A DNA stretch of 64,000 bases from Octopus sinensis. Its lineage: Eukaryota. Positions within the stretch are counted from its first letter, which is position 1; the number at the start of each line of letters is the position of its first letter. Location: assembly GCF_006345805.1 (NCBI RefSeq), contig NC_042999.1:7006001-7070000 (forward strand), read 5' to 3'. Under the pieces are notes generated by a model. It was not told the origin of the DNA. It saw nothing but the letters and a program-made list of their open reading frames with translations, and did not search any database. Positions 26,479-38,028 of the stretch are shown here, piece after piece. Position numbers and translations under genes: made by a program.

Positions 26479-26617
26479 TTTACATATATATATATATATA
26501 TGTGTATTTGTGTGTGAGTTTGTGTGTGTGCGTGTGTGTTTATATAATGAAGAAATAAATGAGATGTTTATCCCCTTATACAGCACAGCTAATTAACGTT
26601 CAAAAAGAGCCTCAGGA

Positions 26618-27582
26618 ATATAAAACCAGGAAAGAGAGAACGAATTTTAAATGTCACTCAATATATTTCAAAGCGTCGGAATAGTCCACAGCATACATTG
26701 GTACATTTATATTCACAAGATATAATATAAGAATTTGTGGAAGCACTCCGTCGGTTACGACGACGAGGGTTCCGGTTGGTCCGAATCAACGGAACAGCCT
26801 GCTCGTGAAATTAACGTGTAAGTGGCTGAGCACTCCACAGACACGTGTACCCTTAACGTAGTTCTCGGGGATATTCAGCGTGACACAGAGAGTGACAAGG
26901 CCGGCCCTTTGAAATACAGGTACAACAGAAACAGGAAGTAAGAGTGAGAGAAAGTTGTGGTGAAAGAGTGCAGCAGGGATCACCACCATCCCTGCCGGAG
27001 CCTCGTGGAGCTTTAGGTGTTTTCGCTCAATAAACACTCACAACGCCCGGTCTGGGAATCGAAACCGCGATCCTATGACCGCGAGTCCGCTGCCCTAACC
27101 ACTGGGCCATTGCGCCTCCACAATATAAGAATTTATGAATATAAAAACGCATAAATGTACTTGCGAGATTGTATGCGCAAATTAAAATCAATGAGGATAT
27201 TGAAATATGCGGTTGGTGAATGTATAGCGGTTATCCAAATAGATGAGAAAGTTGGTACAAAATGATTCTAAAAGGTATCTTGAGCAGGTGCAAAGTCTGA
27301 CGGCCGTGCTCAAGATTTCTTTTAACATCTTTTTGTACCAACTATTTGGATTTACCGCTATATATTCACCATCCGCATATTTCAATACCCCCATTGATTT
27401 TAATACAGACATACAACCTCACAAGTACATTTATGCATTTTTATATTTATAAATTTTTATATTATATCTTGTGAAGATGAATGCACCTATGTATGCTGTG
27501 GACTATTCCAACGCGTTGAAATATATTGAGTGAATATAAAAACTAATCTTTAAAATTCGTTCTTTCTCTCATGGTTTTATAT
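26618..27582. mobile_element. Foldback MITE with ~240-bp inverted arms, interrupted by SINE-C'
   Basis: Left arm ATATAAAACCA..GTCCACAGCATACA mirrors right arm TGTATGCTGTGGAC..TGGTTTTATAT. Confidence 0.8.
26742..27121 (-). mobile_element. SINE-C'
   Basis: tRNA-like head; TSD AATATAAGAATTT. Confidence 0.92.
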
Positions 27583-27614
27583 ATGTATATATAAATCTAT
27601 ATATCTTATTTTAC

Positions 27615-28270
27615 TTAATTATTGCCCACAAGGGGCTACACACAGAGGGGACAAACAAGGACAGACAAACGGATTAAGTGGATTAAATTGACCCCAGTGC
27701 GTAACTGGTACTTACTTAATCGACCCCGAAAAGAAGAAAGGCAAAGTCGGCCTCGGCGGAATTTGAACTCAGAACGTAACGGCAGACGAAATACCACTAA
27801 GCATTTCGCACGGCGTGCTAACGTTTTGCCAGCTCGCTGCCTTGGTCAAACTGATAATAATGATTCCTAACATTCTTTTCTACTCTAGTCACAAGGCCCG
27901 AATTTTTGGGGGAGGGGTCCAGTCGATTAGATCTAGCCCAGTACGCAACTGGTACTTAATTTATCAACCCCGAAAGGATGAAAGCAAAGTCGATCTGGGC
28001 GGAATTTGAACTCAGAATGTAGCGGCAGATGAAACGCCTATTTCTTTACTACCCGCAAGGGGCTAAACACAGAGAGGACAAACAAGAACAGACAAACGGG
28101 TTAAGTCGACTATAGCGACCCCAGTGTGTAACTGGTTCTTATTTAATCGACCCCGAAAGGATGAAAGGCAGAGTCGACCTCGGCGGAATTTGAACTCAGA
28201 ACGTAACGGCAGATGAAATACTGCTAAGCATTTCGCCCGGCGTGCTAACGTTTCTATCAACTCACCGCCT
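27615..28270 (-). mobile_element. SINE-A cluster (monomer plus dimer)
   Basis: Family similarity. Confidence 0.88.
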
Positions 28271-28397
28271 TGGTCAACCTGATAATAATGTTTCCTAACA
28301 TTGTTGAGATAAATATCAGAGGAAGCATTGAAGAATAGTAACTAAAGCGTCTCGATTTTGATCTGCTTTGATCTTATTTGGATTTTTTTTTATTAGG

Positions 28398-28783
28398 AGC
28401 ACTCCGTCGGTTACGACGACGAGGGTTCCGGTTGATCCGAATCAACGGAATAGCCTGCTCGTGAAATTAACGTGTAAGTGGCTGAGCACTCCACAGACAC
28501 GTGTGCCCTTAATGTAGTTCTCGGGGATATTCAGCGTGGCACAGAGAGTGACAAGGCCGGCCGGTTCTTTGAAATACAGGTACAACAGAAACAGGAAGTA
28601 AGAGTGAGAGAAAGTTGTGGTGAAAGAGTACAGCAGGGATCACCACCATCCCCTGCCGGAGCCTCGTGGAGCTTTTAGGTGTTTTCGCTCAATAAACACT
28701 CACAACGCCCGGTCTGGGAATCGAAACCACGATCCTATGACCGCGAGTCCGCTGCCCTAACCACTGGGCCATTGCGCCTCCAC
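28398..28783 (-). mobile_element. SINE-C'
   Basis: Near-identical to 26742-27121. Confidence 0.92.
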
Positions 28784-29124
28784 ATTTGGATTAGGTGCAG
28801 TTAGAAGAATGTCTGCTCTTTTATCTTATTTACCTCTTATTTTCCAAAATACATCGCATACGAATGAATGAAACAATTATTAATGAAATCCTAACTTTTA
28901 AAAAAAGCACTCTGTTTCAACGTCTCTCATAAACTTTCTCTTCCTATTTACGTGATTGACTTTGTGTAAAACGCAAATTATCTGTTTACATTTTAACTCT
29001 AGAATGTCAATTAACAAATTTACACAGAAGGTTCTGATAAACATGCGATGATATGAGAGAAGTATTCTGTGCGGGAACAGATAAGAGAGTAGTTGTTTTA
29101 TTGAGGTATTATCATTTATTTTTA

Positions 29125-29547
29125 TCTTTCCTTGTATTTGTTTCAGTCGTTAGACTGCGGCCATGCTGGAACACCATCTTGAAGAAATTTTAATCGAATG
29201 AACCGACCTTAGTGCTTATCATTTCACCACAAAGCCTGGTATTATATAATAAGTATTAGGCTAGCTACTACACACATTTTTTTTCTCTCCTTGTTTTTTC
29301 CGTGTCCCTTTCTGTAGAAGAGCGTAGGCTCGAAACTTAAAAGAATTTTTCTATTCCTGAGCGTTAAACTAATACATCTGTTTGTTTTGTACACCACCTG
29401 TCTTCGTCTTTTGTTTTTTCGTAAACTCTCCCTACTTATTATATAGGTTTCTTTTGCCGAACTGCTAAGTTACAGGGACATAAACACATCAACACTGATT
29501 GTCAAGTGGTGGTAGGGGATAAACACAGACGCCGCACACACACACAC

Positions 29548-29588
<41 letters not shown>

Positions 29589-29775
29589 CACACACACACA
29601 TACTCACACATACACGCACACACACATACACCAAGTTAAATCCTTTTACAAGTCTTCAGTCGGCCCGAGGCTATAGTAAAATGCACTTGCTCAAGATGCG
29701 GCGCAGTGGTACCAAACCTGGAACCATTTTGTTGGGAAGCAAACTTGTTATCTCACTGCCACGTTTGCACCTATA
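29125..29775 (-). mobile_element. Old SINE-B containing a Penelope terminal fragment (about 29255-29435)
   Basis: SINE-B halves flank a segment with a hammerhead-like motif. Confidence 0.75.
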
Positions 29776-30403
29776 CATGTCACGTTTCCCATTTTCTTAT
29801 ATTTCATTCCATATTACTATTTATCTGATGCCACATTCTATGTTACTCTTTATTACTCTGTCATATATATTTATTCTCTTTGGATCCTGAAGCTAAGAAA
29901 ACTTCTCCTCTCTTCCAAAAATTTATTTCGTGTTCGCTCGAAGGTTATAAAATTTTTAAGACATCAAATATATATATTTCAATACAACATGCTGCTGTAT
30001 TATATTTTTAATTGCAAGTTTTAATAAGTATATTCTGCAATCATCATCATCATCATCATCGTCATCATCATTATCATCATCGTCATCATTATCATCGTCA
30101 TCATCGTCATCATCATCATCAACAACAACAACAGCAATAAAAGGCTCTGGAAATTGCTGTCTCAAACGCCCTAAAATTCATACGGTCAATTTAACCCGGT
30201 CTGCGAGGCGTGTACAAATCGACCGAGATCACAACATTGAACCGGATGCCAGTGGCAGGGTCAACCATTTAGAGGTGAGTGGACGAAAGATTAGTGAAAT
30301 GAAGTGTTTCACTGATTTGTATCCCACCGTGTCCACGAACAGAAACTGGAATCGCGAGATCGCGAGTGCAACGCTCTCCTTACTAAACCACGTGCCTTCC
30401 AAG

Positions 30404-30829
30404 GTATTATCATTTATTTTTATCTTTCCTTGTATTTGTTTCAGTCGTTAGACTGCGGCCATGCTGGAACACCATCTTGAAGAAATTTTAATCGAATGAA
30501 CCGACCTTAGTGCTTATCATTTCACCACAAAGCCTGGTATTATATAATAAGTATTAGGCTAGCTACTACACACATTTTTTTCTCTCCTTGTTTTTTCCGT
30601 GTCCCTTTCTGTAGAAGAGCGTAGGCTCGAAACTTAAAAGAATTTTTCTATTCCTGAGCGTTATACTAATACATCTGTTTGTTTTGTACACCACCTGTCT
30701 TCGTCTTTTGTTTTTTCGTAAACTCTCCCTACTTATTATATAGGTTTCTTTTGCCGAACTGCTAAGTTACAGGGACATAAACACATCAACACTGATTGTC
30801 AAGTGGTGGTAGGGGATAAACACAGACGC

Positions 30830-30874
<45 letters not shown>

Positions 30875-31029
30875 TCACACATACACGCACACACACATAC
30901 ACCAAGTTAAATCCTTTTACAAGTCTTCAGTCGGCCCGAGGCTATAGTAAAATGCACTTGCTCAAGATGCGGCTCAGTGGTACCGAACCTGGAACCATTT
31001 TGTTGGGAAGCAAACTTGTTATCTCACTG
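30404..31029. repeat. Near-identical second copy of 29104-29758
   Basis: Direct comparison. Confidence 0.9.
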
Positions 31030-31309
31030 TCTCGCATTACGACAACGTATTTCGTCGCCTCTGCGGATCTGGCCCTAATAGCGTACCTCCTGAGTGCACT
31101 ACTGACAATCAGTCCACTATTTCTTAGCAGTGGACCAGCCCATTTCTCACCTGGGGGCGTCAACCACAACACCTACCCACTTTGAGATTTTTCTTTTATT
31201 TCAACACAACATTTTTTCATTACTTTTTCTTCTAACCAGAATATTTTCATATTTACATTTTTTCTTGTTCCACACGGAATTATATATATATTTTTAAAAA
31301 AATTACACA

Positions 31310-31459
31310 CTTAGCGGTTCGGCAAAAGAGACCGATAGAATAAGCACTGGGCTTACAAAGAATAAGTCCCGGGGTCGAGTTGCTCGACTAAAGGCGGTGC
31401 TCCAGCATGGCCGCAGTCAAATGACTGAAACATGTAAAAGAGTAAAAGAGAAAAGAGAG
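31310..31459 (+). mobile_element. SINE-B 3' half
   Basis: Family similarity. Confidence 0.85.
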
Positions 31460-31504
31460 ATATATAGGCGTAGGAGTGGTTGTGTGGTAAGTAGCTTCTT
31501 ACCA

Positions 31505-33685
31505 GACAGACGTGTTGTTTTTTGCTCCTGCAAATGTCACGTGTTTGAACGTGAAATGTTGAACTTTTGACTCGGCGACAGGTAAGACGTTCTGTATTTT
31601 TAGAAGCATAGTGAAGTTTATTGCTTGCTTAATGTTATTTAGCAGTTAACGTTATCTAGCATTAATATTTTTTTGCGGGTAATAGACTTCACTTTACTTC
31701 AGATATATTTCTCTGCCTGTTGTCGTGTCTAAGGTCTCACTCTTTAGTGAGAATTGTGCTTTTTGAGGAGGCGTAGCCCCTCCGCAAAAATTAATTTGTT
31801 TGCTTGTGTTTTACTACTTCGCAAGAAAATTATAAAAATAAGCCACTATTGGATTACCTTTCGGACCCATTTTTGTGGAGGTTGTGTTGCAGTTGCGGCG
31901 TTCCAGGTTCAACCCAGGCCGGGAATACCGCAAGGCCAGAATATTTTTGCTGTGTTTTTTCTGTTTATTAACTTTCTTTTGAACTTCATTTAACCCCCCC
32001 CCCTTTTGTTTTTTTTCTTTATTGCGACTTTCCGTTAATTTCTTCCCTTCTGTTGTGCTTTCTCCTTTTTGTTTTTTCAAAAATCTATCAAATTTTATTT
32101 AGACTTTTGAACTTTTTTCTTCCTGCTTTTGAGTTTAATTTGAATATATTTAAAAAAAACATGGCAATGAAAAATAACAAATTTTTGGAGTGGGAAATCA
32201 TACCATCCAAAAAGTGGTTAAAAGACCGTGAAGATAGGACGGTGGTATTGAGAACCTACTCCAAGGCACTTGACACCATCGCCCTATTCGAAAAGACGGC
32301 AATTGAAAAGGAGTTGGAAGAGTATTTGCCAACAATTGAATTCATTTCCAGGGGTGTCAAATATGCAACGGTGTGGTTGCTATTTGACACCCCTGAAGAG
32401 GCTTGCATATTTGCTAGCAAACCCTTGGAGGGTAAGGAAATCTTATTCCTGCCCACGTACAAAAAAAAGAAATTGATGAAAGCTTGGATCTGCGGACTGC
32501 CACCCGACATAGAACCCGAGTGGATAGAGGAGACTATCCGCCGGGGTCTGGGTGACAACGAAACTAAGCTCCTCAATGTAAAAGTTCTTCCTGCGGCTGC
32601 TTGGGTTGGGTCGAAAGCAATTTTGACTCTGTGGACCCAATCAGCCAATCTGGTTCTTCCAGATTTTTTGAAAATGGCCGGGTGCAGGTACCCGGTGATG
32701 CTTGAGGGTCGCCCCCCTAAGTGTCATCGGTGCTTGAAGTCCGGCCACATAAAGAAGAAATGTCCTCGGGAACAAAATAGGATCCCGGAACAGTTAAGTA
32801 AAACCCCTCTAGAAGAGGGAACGATAACGGCCGAGAAAGCAGAGGACTCCTCAAACAGAGGCCGAAAGAGGAAGGTGAGCAACAATGGGTGCTCACCAAA
32901 GGATAATAGGGATGAGGAGAGGAAGGCGAATCTTCCAGCCACGGAGGAGACGCACCCTCCCTCAGTTGAAAAGGGAAAAAAAAAGAAAAAGAGGAAGAAA
33001 AACGGGACATTACCGGCTGTCAGTGTAGCACCGGAATGTCGCGGAACTACGTCGGTTGGGGTTGTGCCACCGACAGGAGAAGGAATACCGTTGGCGGAAA
33101 CTGTGCCGCCAACGAAAGAACTGAATGTATTGGTCCTCTTCTATAGAGGAGGAGAAATTGAAAAAGTGATGGAAGAGCACTGCAAGGGAGCACCTTTAGC
33201 CTTCACACAGGACCCCGAATGGCCTCCGCAGGTAGCTGTGGAGGCCGTGGCGTTCGACGTGACGCTAGGGCTAAAGGAGCTCAATGAAGATTATAACTTG
33301 GTCCCGGGCGACGCGAACTCGGAACTTGACTACGTTCTGAGGGAGGCGTGGTTGATGGTGGAGTGCGCGGGCACAAGCTATTTAGAGGACGATATGTATT
33401 ATTAGTAATGGACTTAAGTCCAAAAATTGAAAAATTGTAAGAGGATTAATACCTCGTTTTGTATTAATAATGGACTGCTAAGCCCAAAAATTGGGAAAAA
33501 TTGTAAGAGGTTTTATACCTCGTTTTGTGTTTATCTTTTTAAAAAGAACAATGTTTTAGAGAAGCAAAAGTCGGCGGGCGCTTTCTGTCTTCTCCCATCC
33601 TTATCATCTTTCTTTCATTATCATTCACTTCATTAATGTCCTCGTCCAGCCCGCAAAGCTAACTTAATCTGTGTACTGCCTTTAT
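31505..33685 (+). mobile_element. L1/Tx1-type ORF1-only element, copy 2
   Basis: ~650-bp 5' region, intact ORF1, ~280-bp 3' region with a ~60-bp tandem duplication, no ORF2. Confidence 0.78.
32161..33405 (+). CDS. Non-LTR retrotransposon ORF1p-like protein, 414 aa (RRM-like region, CCHC zinc knuckle, basic linker)
   Basis: Uninterrupted ORF; LEGRPPKCHRCLKSGHIKKKCP = CX2CX4HX4C; ATG position matches copy 1. Confidence 0.85.
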   Translation: MAMKNNKFLEWEIIPSKKWLKDREDRTVVLRTYSKALDTIALFEKTAIEKELEEYLPTIEFISRGVKYATVWLLFDTPEEACIFASKPLEGKEILFLPTYKKKKLMKAWICGLPPDIEPEWIEETIRRGLGDNETKLLNVKVLPAAAWVGSKAILTLWTQSANLVLPDFLKMAGCRYPVMLEGRPPKCHRCLKSGHIKKKCPREQNRIPEQLSKTPLEEGTITAEKAEDSSNRGRKRKVSNNGCSPKDNRDEERKANLPATEETHPPSVEKGKKKKKRKKNGTLPAVSVAPECRGTTSVGVVPPTGEGIPLAETVPPTKELNVLVLFYRGGEIEKVMEEHCKGAPLAFTQDPEWPPQVAVEAVAFDVTLGLKELNEDYNLVPGDANSELDYVLREAWLMVECAGTSYLEDDMYY

Positions 33686-33767
33686 GGCAAATGTCTTCTA
33701 CTATAGTCTCGGGCCGACCAAAGCCTTGTGAGTGGATTTGGTAGACGGAAACCGAAAGAAGCCCATC

Positions 33768-33813
<46 letters not shown>

Positions 33814-34235
33814 GTATGTGTGAATATGTTTGTGTGTCTGCGTTTGTCCCCCCAACATCGCTTGATAACCGATGCTGGTGTGCTTACGTCACTGTAACTT
33901 AGCGGTTCGGCAAAAGACACCGATAGAATAAGTACTAGGCTTACAAAGAATAAGTCCTGGGGTCGATTTGCTCGACTAAAGGTGGTGCTCCAGCATGGCC
34001 GCAGTCAAATAACTATAACAAGTAAAAGAGTAAACATTATTACATAGATATTTTTCATTTCTATGACATTTCGTTACACTTTCCTCAGCAGAAACTGGAT
34101 CGGTTACCTGAAAACTTCTTTTAATATGAATTCACATTGAATTGTCATGTCCGCTAAGTTGACCGTCGTCAATTCACCGTTTTTAACGATTAATGGTGAA
34201 ATACTATGGATACATTTTCTCTGTAAACTCTACAC

Positions 34236-34322
34236 TCGGTGAACTTTCCTCATGGTGAAATTTCTTCACAGTGAACTGATGGCGGTAAACTTTTCCTGCA
34301 ATGAATTGATGGCGATGAGCTT
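34236..34322. repeat. 15-bp periodic minisatellite (GGTGAACTTT-like)
   Basis: About six imperfect units. Confidence 0.55.
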
Positions 34323-34697
34323 ACCTGTAATCCTACATCCCTGCTGTACACTTGAATCCTCACCCTCCGTTATTTCGACTCCATTAGTTTCATCAACAAA
34401 ACAGTTTTGTTCTAATTCTCTCTATTATTTCACAACTTCCTGTACTGACCTTCCAACCACTAATCATCATCTATTCAAACCAAGCATCAATAATTCTACT
34501 CTCCTTTGGCTATTGATGGCTAGAAATATATATATGAGAAGGAATGCACAAGCAAAACATGTAATATCAGTTTAGAGTATATAATTTCAGATTTGTTAGA
34601 GTAAATAAGGGATTAAGAAATAATGCATAAAGTCTCTTACAGCTGTTTCTGTAATAGGTGTGTATACAGTGCAAAAGCGATTGAACAAAGGTTTCCA

Positions 34698-35115
34698 TAG
34701 GGGTAGGAGTGGCTGTGTGGTAAGTAGCTTGCTAACCAACCACATGGTTCAGGCTTCAGTCCCACTGCGTGGCACCTTGGGCAAGTGTCTTCTGCTATAG
34801 CCCCGGGCCGACCAATGCCTTGTGAGTAGATTTGGTAGACGGAAACTGAAAGAAGCCTGTCGTATATATGTATATATATATATATATGTGTGTGTATATG
34901 TGTTTGTGTGTCTGTGTTTGTCCCCCTAGCATTGCTTGACAACCGATGATGGTGTGTTTACGTCCCCGTCACTTAGCGGTTCGGCAAAAGAGACCGATAG
35001 AATAAGTACTGGGCCTACAAATAAGTCCCGGGGTCGATTTGTTCGACTAAAGGCGGTGCTCCAGCATGGCCGCAGTCAAATGACTGAAACAAGTAAAAGA
35101 GTAAAAGAGAGAGTA
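34698..35115 (+). mobile_element. SINE-B, full length
   Basis: Family similarity. Confidence 0.92.
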
Positions 35116-35149
35116 AGATATTAGCCAACTATAACGTCTTCAGAGAGTA

Positions 35150-35365
35150 AGAATTATGGAATATCCTTAGAAAAGGTTATTAGTAGTTACGAGTTCCATT
35201 GTCGGAGAATTAAAGAAAATTCTTAGTAAGATAATAGTTGTTACCAGTTACAGTGTCGAAGAATCAAGGAATATCCTTAGTAAAAGATAATAGTAATTAC
35301 CAGTTCGTTCATCCAAGAATTAAAGAATACTTAGTAAAGCTTGATAGTAGTTACTAGTTCCTAGA
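35150..35365. repeat. ~55-bp degenerate minisatellite x4
   Basis: Recurring AATATCCTTAGTAAAAGATAATAGTAGTTACCAGTT. Confidence 0.6.
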
Positions 35366-36281
35366 AATATGTACATACTGACCTTCATATTAACTCGGAC
35401 ACCGTGGAAACCTAAACTAGACCGCAATGCAAAGCGAGTACAAAAACATAGGACGGTAAACCAAAATATGGGAAAGGGGTATTTAAGTTTAAGATTCTAA
35501 CGTTTATTGAACGGTACATCACTGATACCGACATAAATACACCACATTCACTTATGTATATCATAGCTGGCAACAGCGGTGCTACAGAGGACAGCTCTTT
35601 CTAAAGCCTGACGCAAAGGTTAAAGTCAAACTTATAATGTGTTTCTAATTGATAACATAAACATGTGATAAACAATGAATCAGATAATCGAACGCGATAT
35701 TTATGAGATTAGTATCGATCCAAAAGAAACAGTTTTGCATGTTTTATCTGATTAAGATTTTCCAACGCCAACTAAGTAAATCAATAAAAAAAAGAAAGAA
35801 CTTTTAGTTACTCTGTCAGAGCAGATTCATATTTTATGTTTTCAGTAGAAATCAAAAGAAATCCTTCTCCCTCCTCCATCATCGCCGCCATCATGTTAAC
35901 TTCAGTACATTAGGCTTTACCAACAACTTTTTGTTAAATACATTCGCCCGATTTATTTACGGTTTCACGATATACCATAATGGATAGTATTAAATGTTTT
36001 TTATCACAGTTTAAAATGTATCGTTTGTTTTGAAATCAATACATAAAATCATCCAAGAATTTCTTATTTATAGTAATGTGGTTTTTTTCCCGATGTTTAC
36101 TGCTCTGATGGAAGGTGAAAAGCTGTTTTTCTCTCATCATATGAGAAGCAAATTATGTACACACATCCATCCATATAAGCAAGTGTAGTTTGGTTTGTAA
36201 GATATATATATATATATAAAGAGAGAGAGAGAGAGAGAGCTCAATAGTGTAACACAGTATATGTACACACACACACACATA

Positions 36282-36444
36282 TGGCGCAGGCGTGACGGTG
36301 TGGTAAGAAGCTTGCTTCACAACCACATGGTTCCGGGTTCAGTCCCACTGCATGGCATCTTGGGCAAATATCTTCTACTATAGCTTCAGGCCGACCAAAG
36401 CCTTGTGAGTGGATTTGGTAGACGGAAACTGAATGAAGCCCATC

Positions 36445-36478
<34 letters not shown>

Positions 36479-36692
36479 TATATATATATTTGTGTGTGTT
36501 TGTCACCCCATCATCGCTTGACCACCGATGCTGGTGTATTGACTTCCGCGTAACTTGGCGGTTCGGCAGAAGACACTAATAGAATAAGTACTAAGCTTAC
36601 AAAGAATAAGTCCCGGGGTCGCTTTGTTCGACTAAATGCGGTGCTCCAGCATCGCCGAAGTCAAACGACTGAAACAAATAAAAGAGTAAAAG

Positions 36693-36695
<3 letters not shown>
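36282..36695 (+). mobile_element. SINE-B
   Basis: Family similarity. Confidence 0.88.
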
Positions 36696-36731
<36 letters not shown>

Positions 36732-37672
36732 CGTGTATTTATGTATATATTGTGAAGACGCGTGTCGTACGTTAGGGTATTCGGTTCACGATCTTAACAT
36801 CCTGAGTTCGATTTCCGGTAATGCGTTGTGTCCTAGAGAATGGCACGTTGCTCCAGAGCACCTAAGTGGGCAAAAATGAGTTGTACAGGTAATTCAAAAA
36901 GGGCCAGCCTCATCCCATTCTGTCATACTGAATATGTCCATGAATTACTCAGTCACTTGCACGCTAATTTTGGGATGACACTTTTCCATTGAACGGTTCA
37001 ACTGGAACACGCACACACACACATACGTGTGCACGTGTATTGCCGTAAGTGACAAAGACCAGTCGTAGGTTTATATATATATATATATTTGTGTGTGTTT
37101 GTCACCCCATCATCGCTTGACCACCGATGCTGGTGTATTGACTTCCGCGTAACTTGGCGGTTCGGCAGAAGACACTAATAGAATAAGTACTAAGCTTACA
37201 AAGAATAAGTCCCGGGGTCGCTTTGTTCGACTAAATGCGGTGCTCCAGCATCGCCGAAGTCAAACGACTGAAACAAATAAAAGAGTAAAAGAAATATATA
37301 TATATATTATATATATATATATATCCGCGTGTATTTATGTATATATTGTGAAGACGCGTGTCGTACGTTAGGGTATTCGGTTCACGATCTTAACATCCTG
37401 AGTTCGATTCCGGTAATGCGTTGTGTCCTAGAGAATGGCACGTTGCTCCAGAGCACCTAAGTGGGCAAAAATGAGTTGTACAGGTAATTCAAAAAGGGCC
37501 AGCCTCATCCCATTCTGTCATACTGAATATGTCCATGAATTACTCAGTCACTTGCACGCTAATTTTGGGATGACACTTTTCCATTGAACGGTTCAACTGG
37601 AACACGCACACACACACATACGTGTGCACGTGTATTGCCGTAAGTGACAAAGACCAGTCGTAGGTTTATATA
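36470..37672. repeat. ~597-bp tandem duplication (SINE-B 3' half plus degenerate SINE-C)
   Basis: Two near-identical units bounded by (TA)n. Confidence 0.9.
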
Positions 37673-37835
37673 TATATATATATTTGTTGAAATGGAAAGA
37701 TGAATTATCTTGTTACGGATTATTCAAAAGTTTAACCGATACCTGGGTAGCAAAAATCACAGCAGAAAAAACACGGTTGGAGATATGACCATATGGTGTT
37801 GCAACCGTGCGTTGGTGCGGATAATTGAAGTTTAA

Positions 37836-37940
37836 TATAATTAGTGAATGGAAGAAATGGAGTTGAACGAAGATTGTACAGAATTCCTTTTATTACATTC
37901 TGTACAATCTTCGTTCAACTCCATTCTTCCATTCACTAAT

Positions 37941-37944
<4 letters not shown>
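37836..37944. repeat. Near-perfect hairpin, ~48-bp arms and 12-nt loop
   Basis: TTAGTGAATGGAAGAAATGGAGTTGAACGAAGATTGTACAGAAT and its reverse complement. Confidence 0.9.

Positions 37945-38028
<84 letters not shown>

Larger units (their letters stand above)
31465..34031 (+). mobile_element. SINE-B split by the ORF1 element (head 31465-31504; remainder about 33686-34031)
   Basis: Head ends CTTACCA; SINE resumes at GGCAAATGTCTTCTACTATAG. Confidence 0.85.

Noticed and set aside
32053-32160. N-terminal extension of the 450-aa ORF call
   Set aside because: Non-ATG start in T-rich UTR; homology with copy 1 begins at ATG 32161
32256-32648. Antisense ORFs on both ORF1 copies (also 18168-18476) and on the RT (24813-25337)
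   Set aside because: Shadow frames of coding sequence; similarity between them follows from sense-strand conservation
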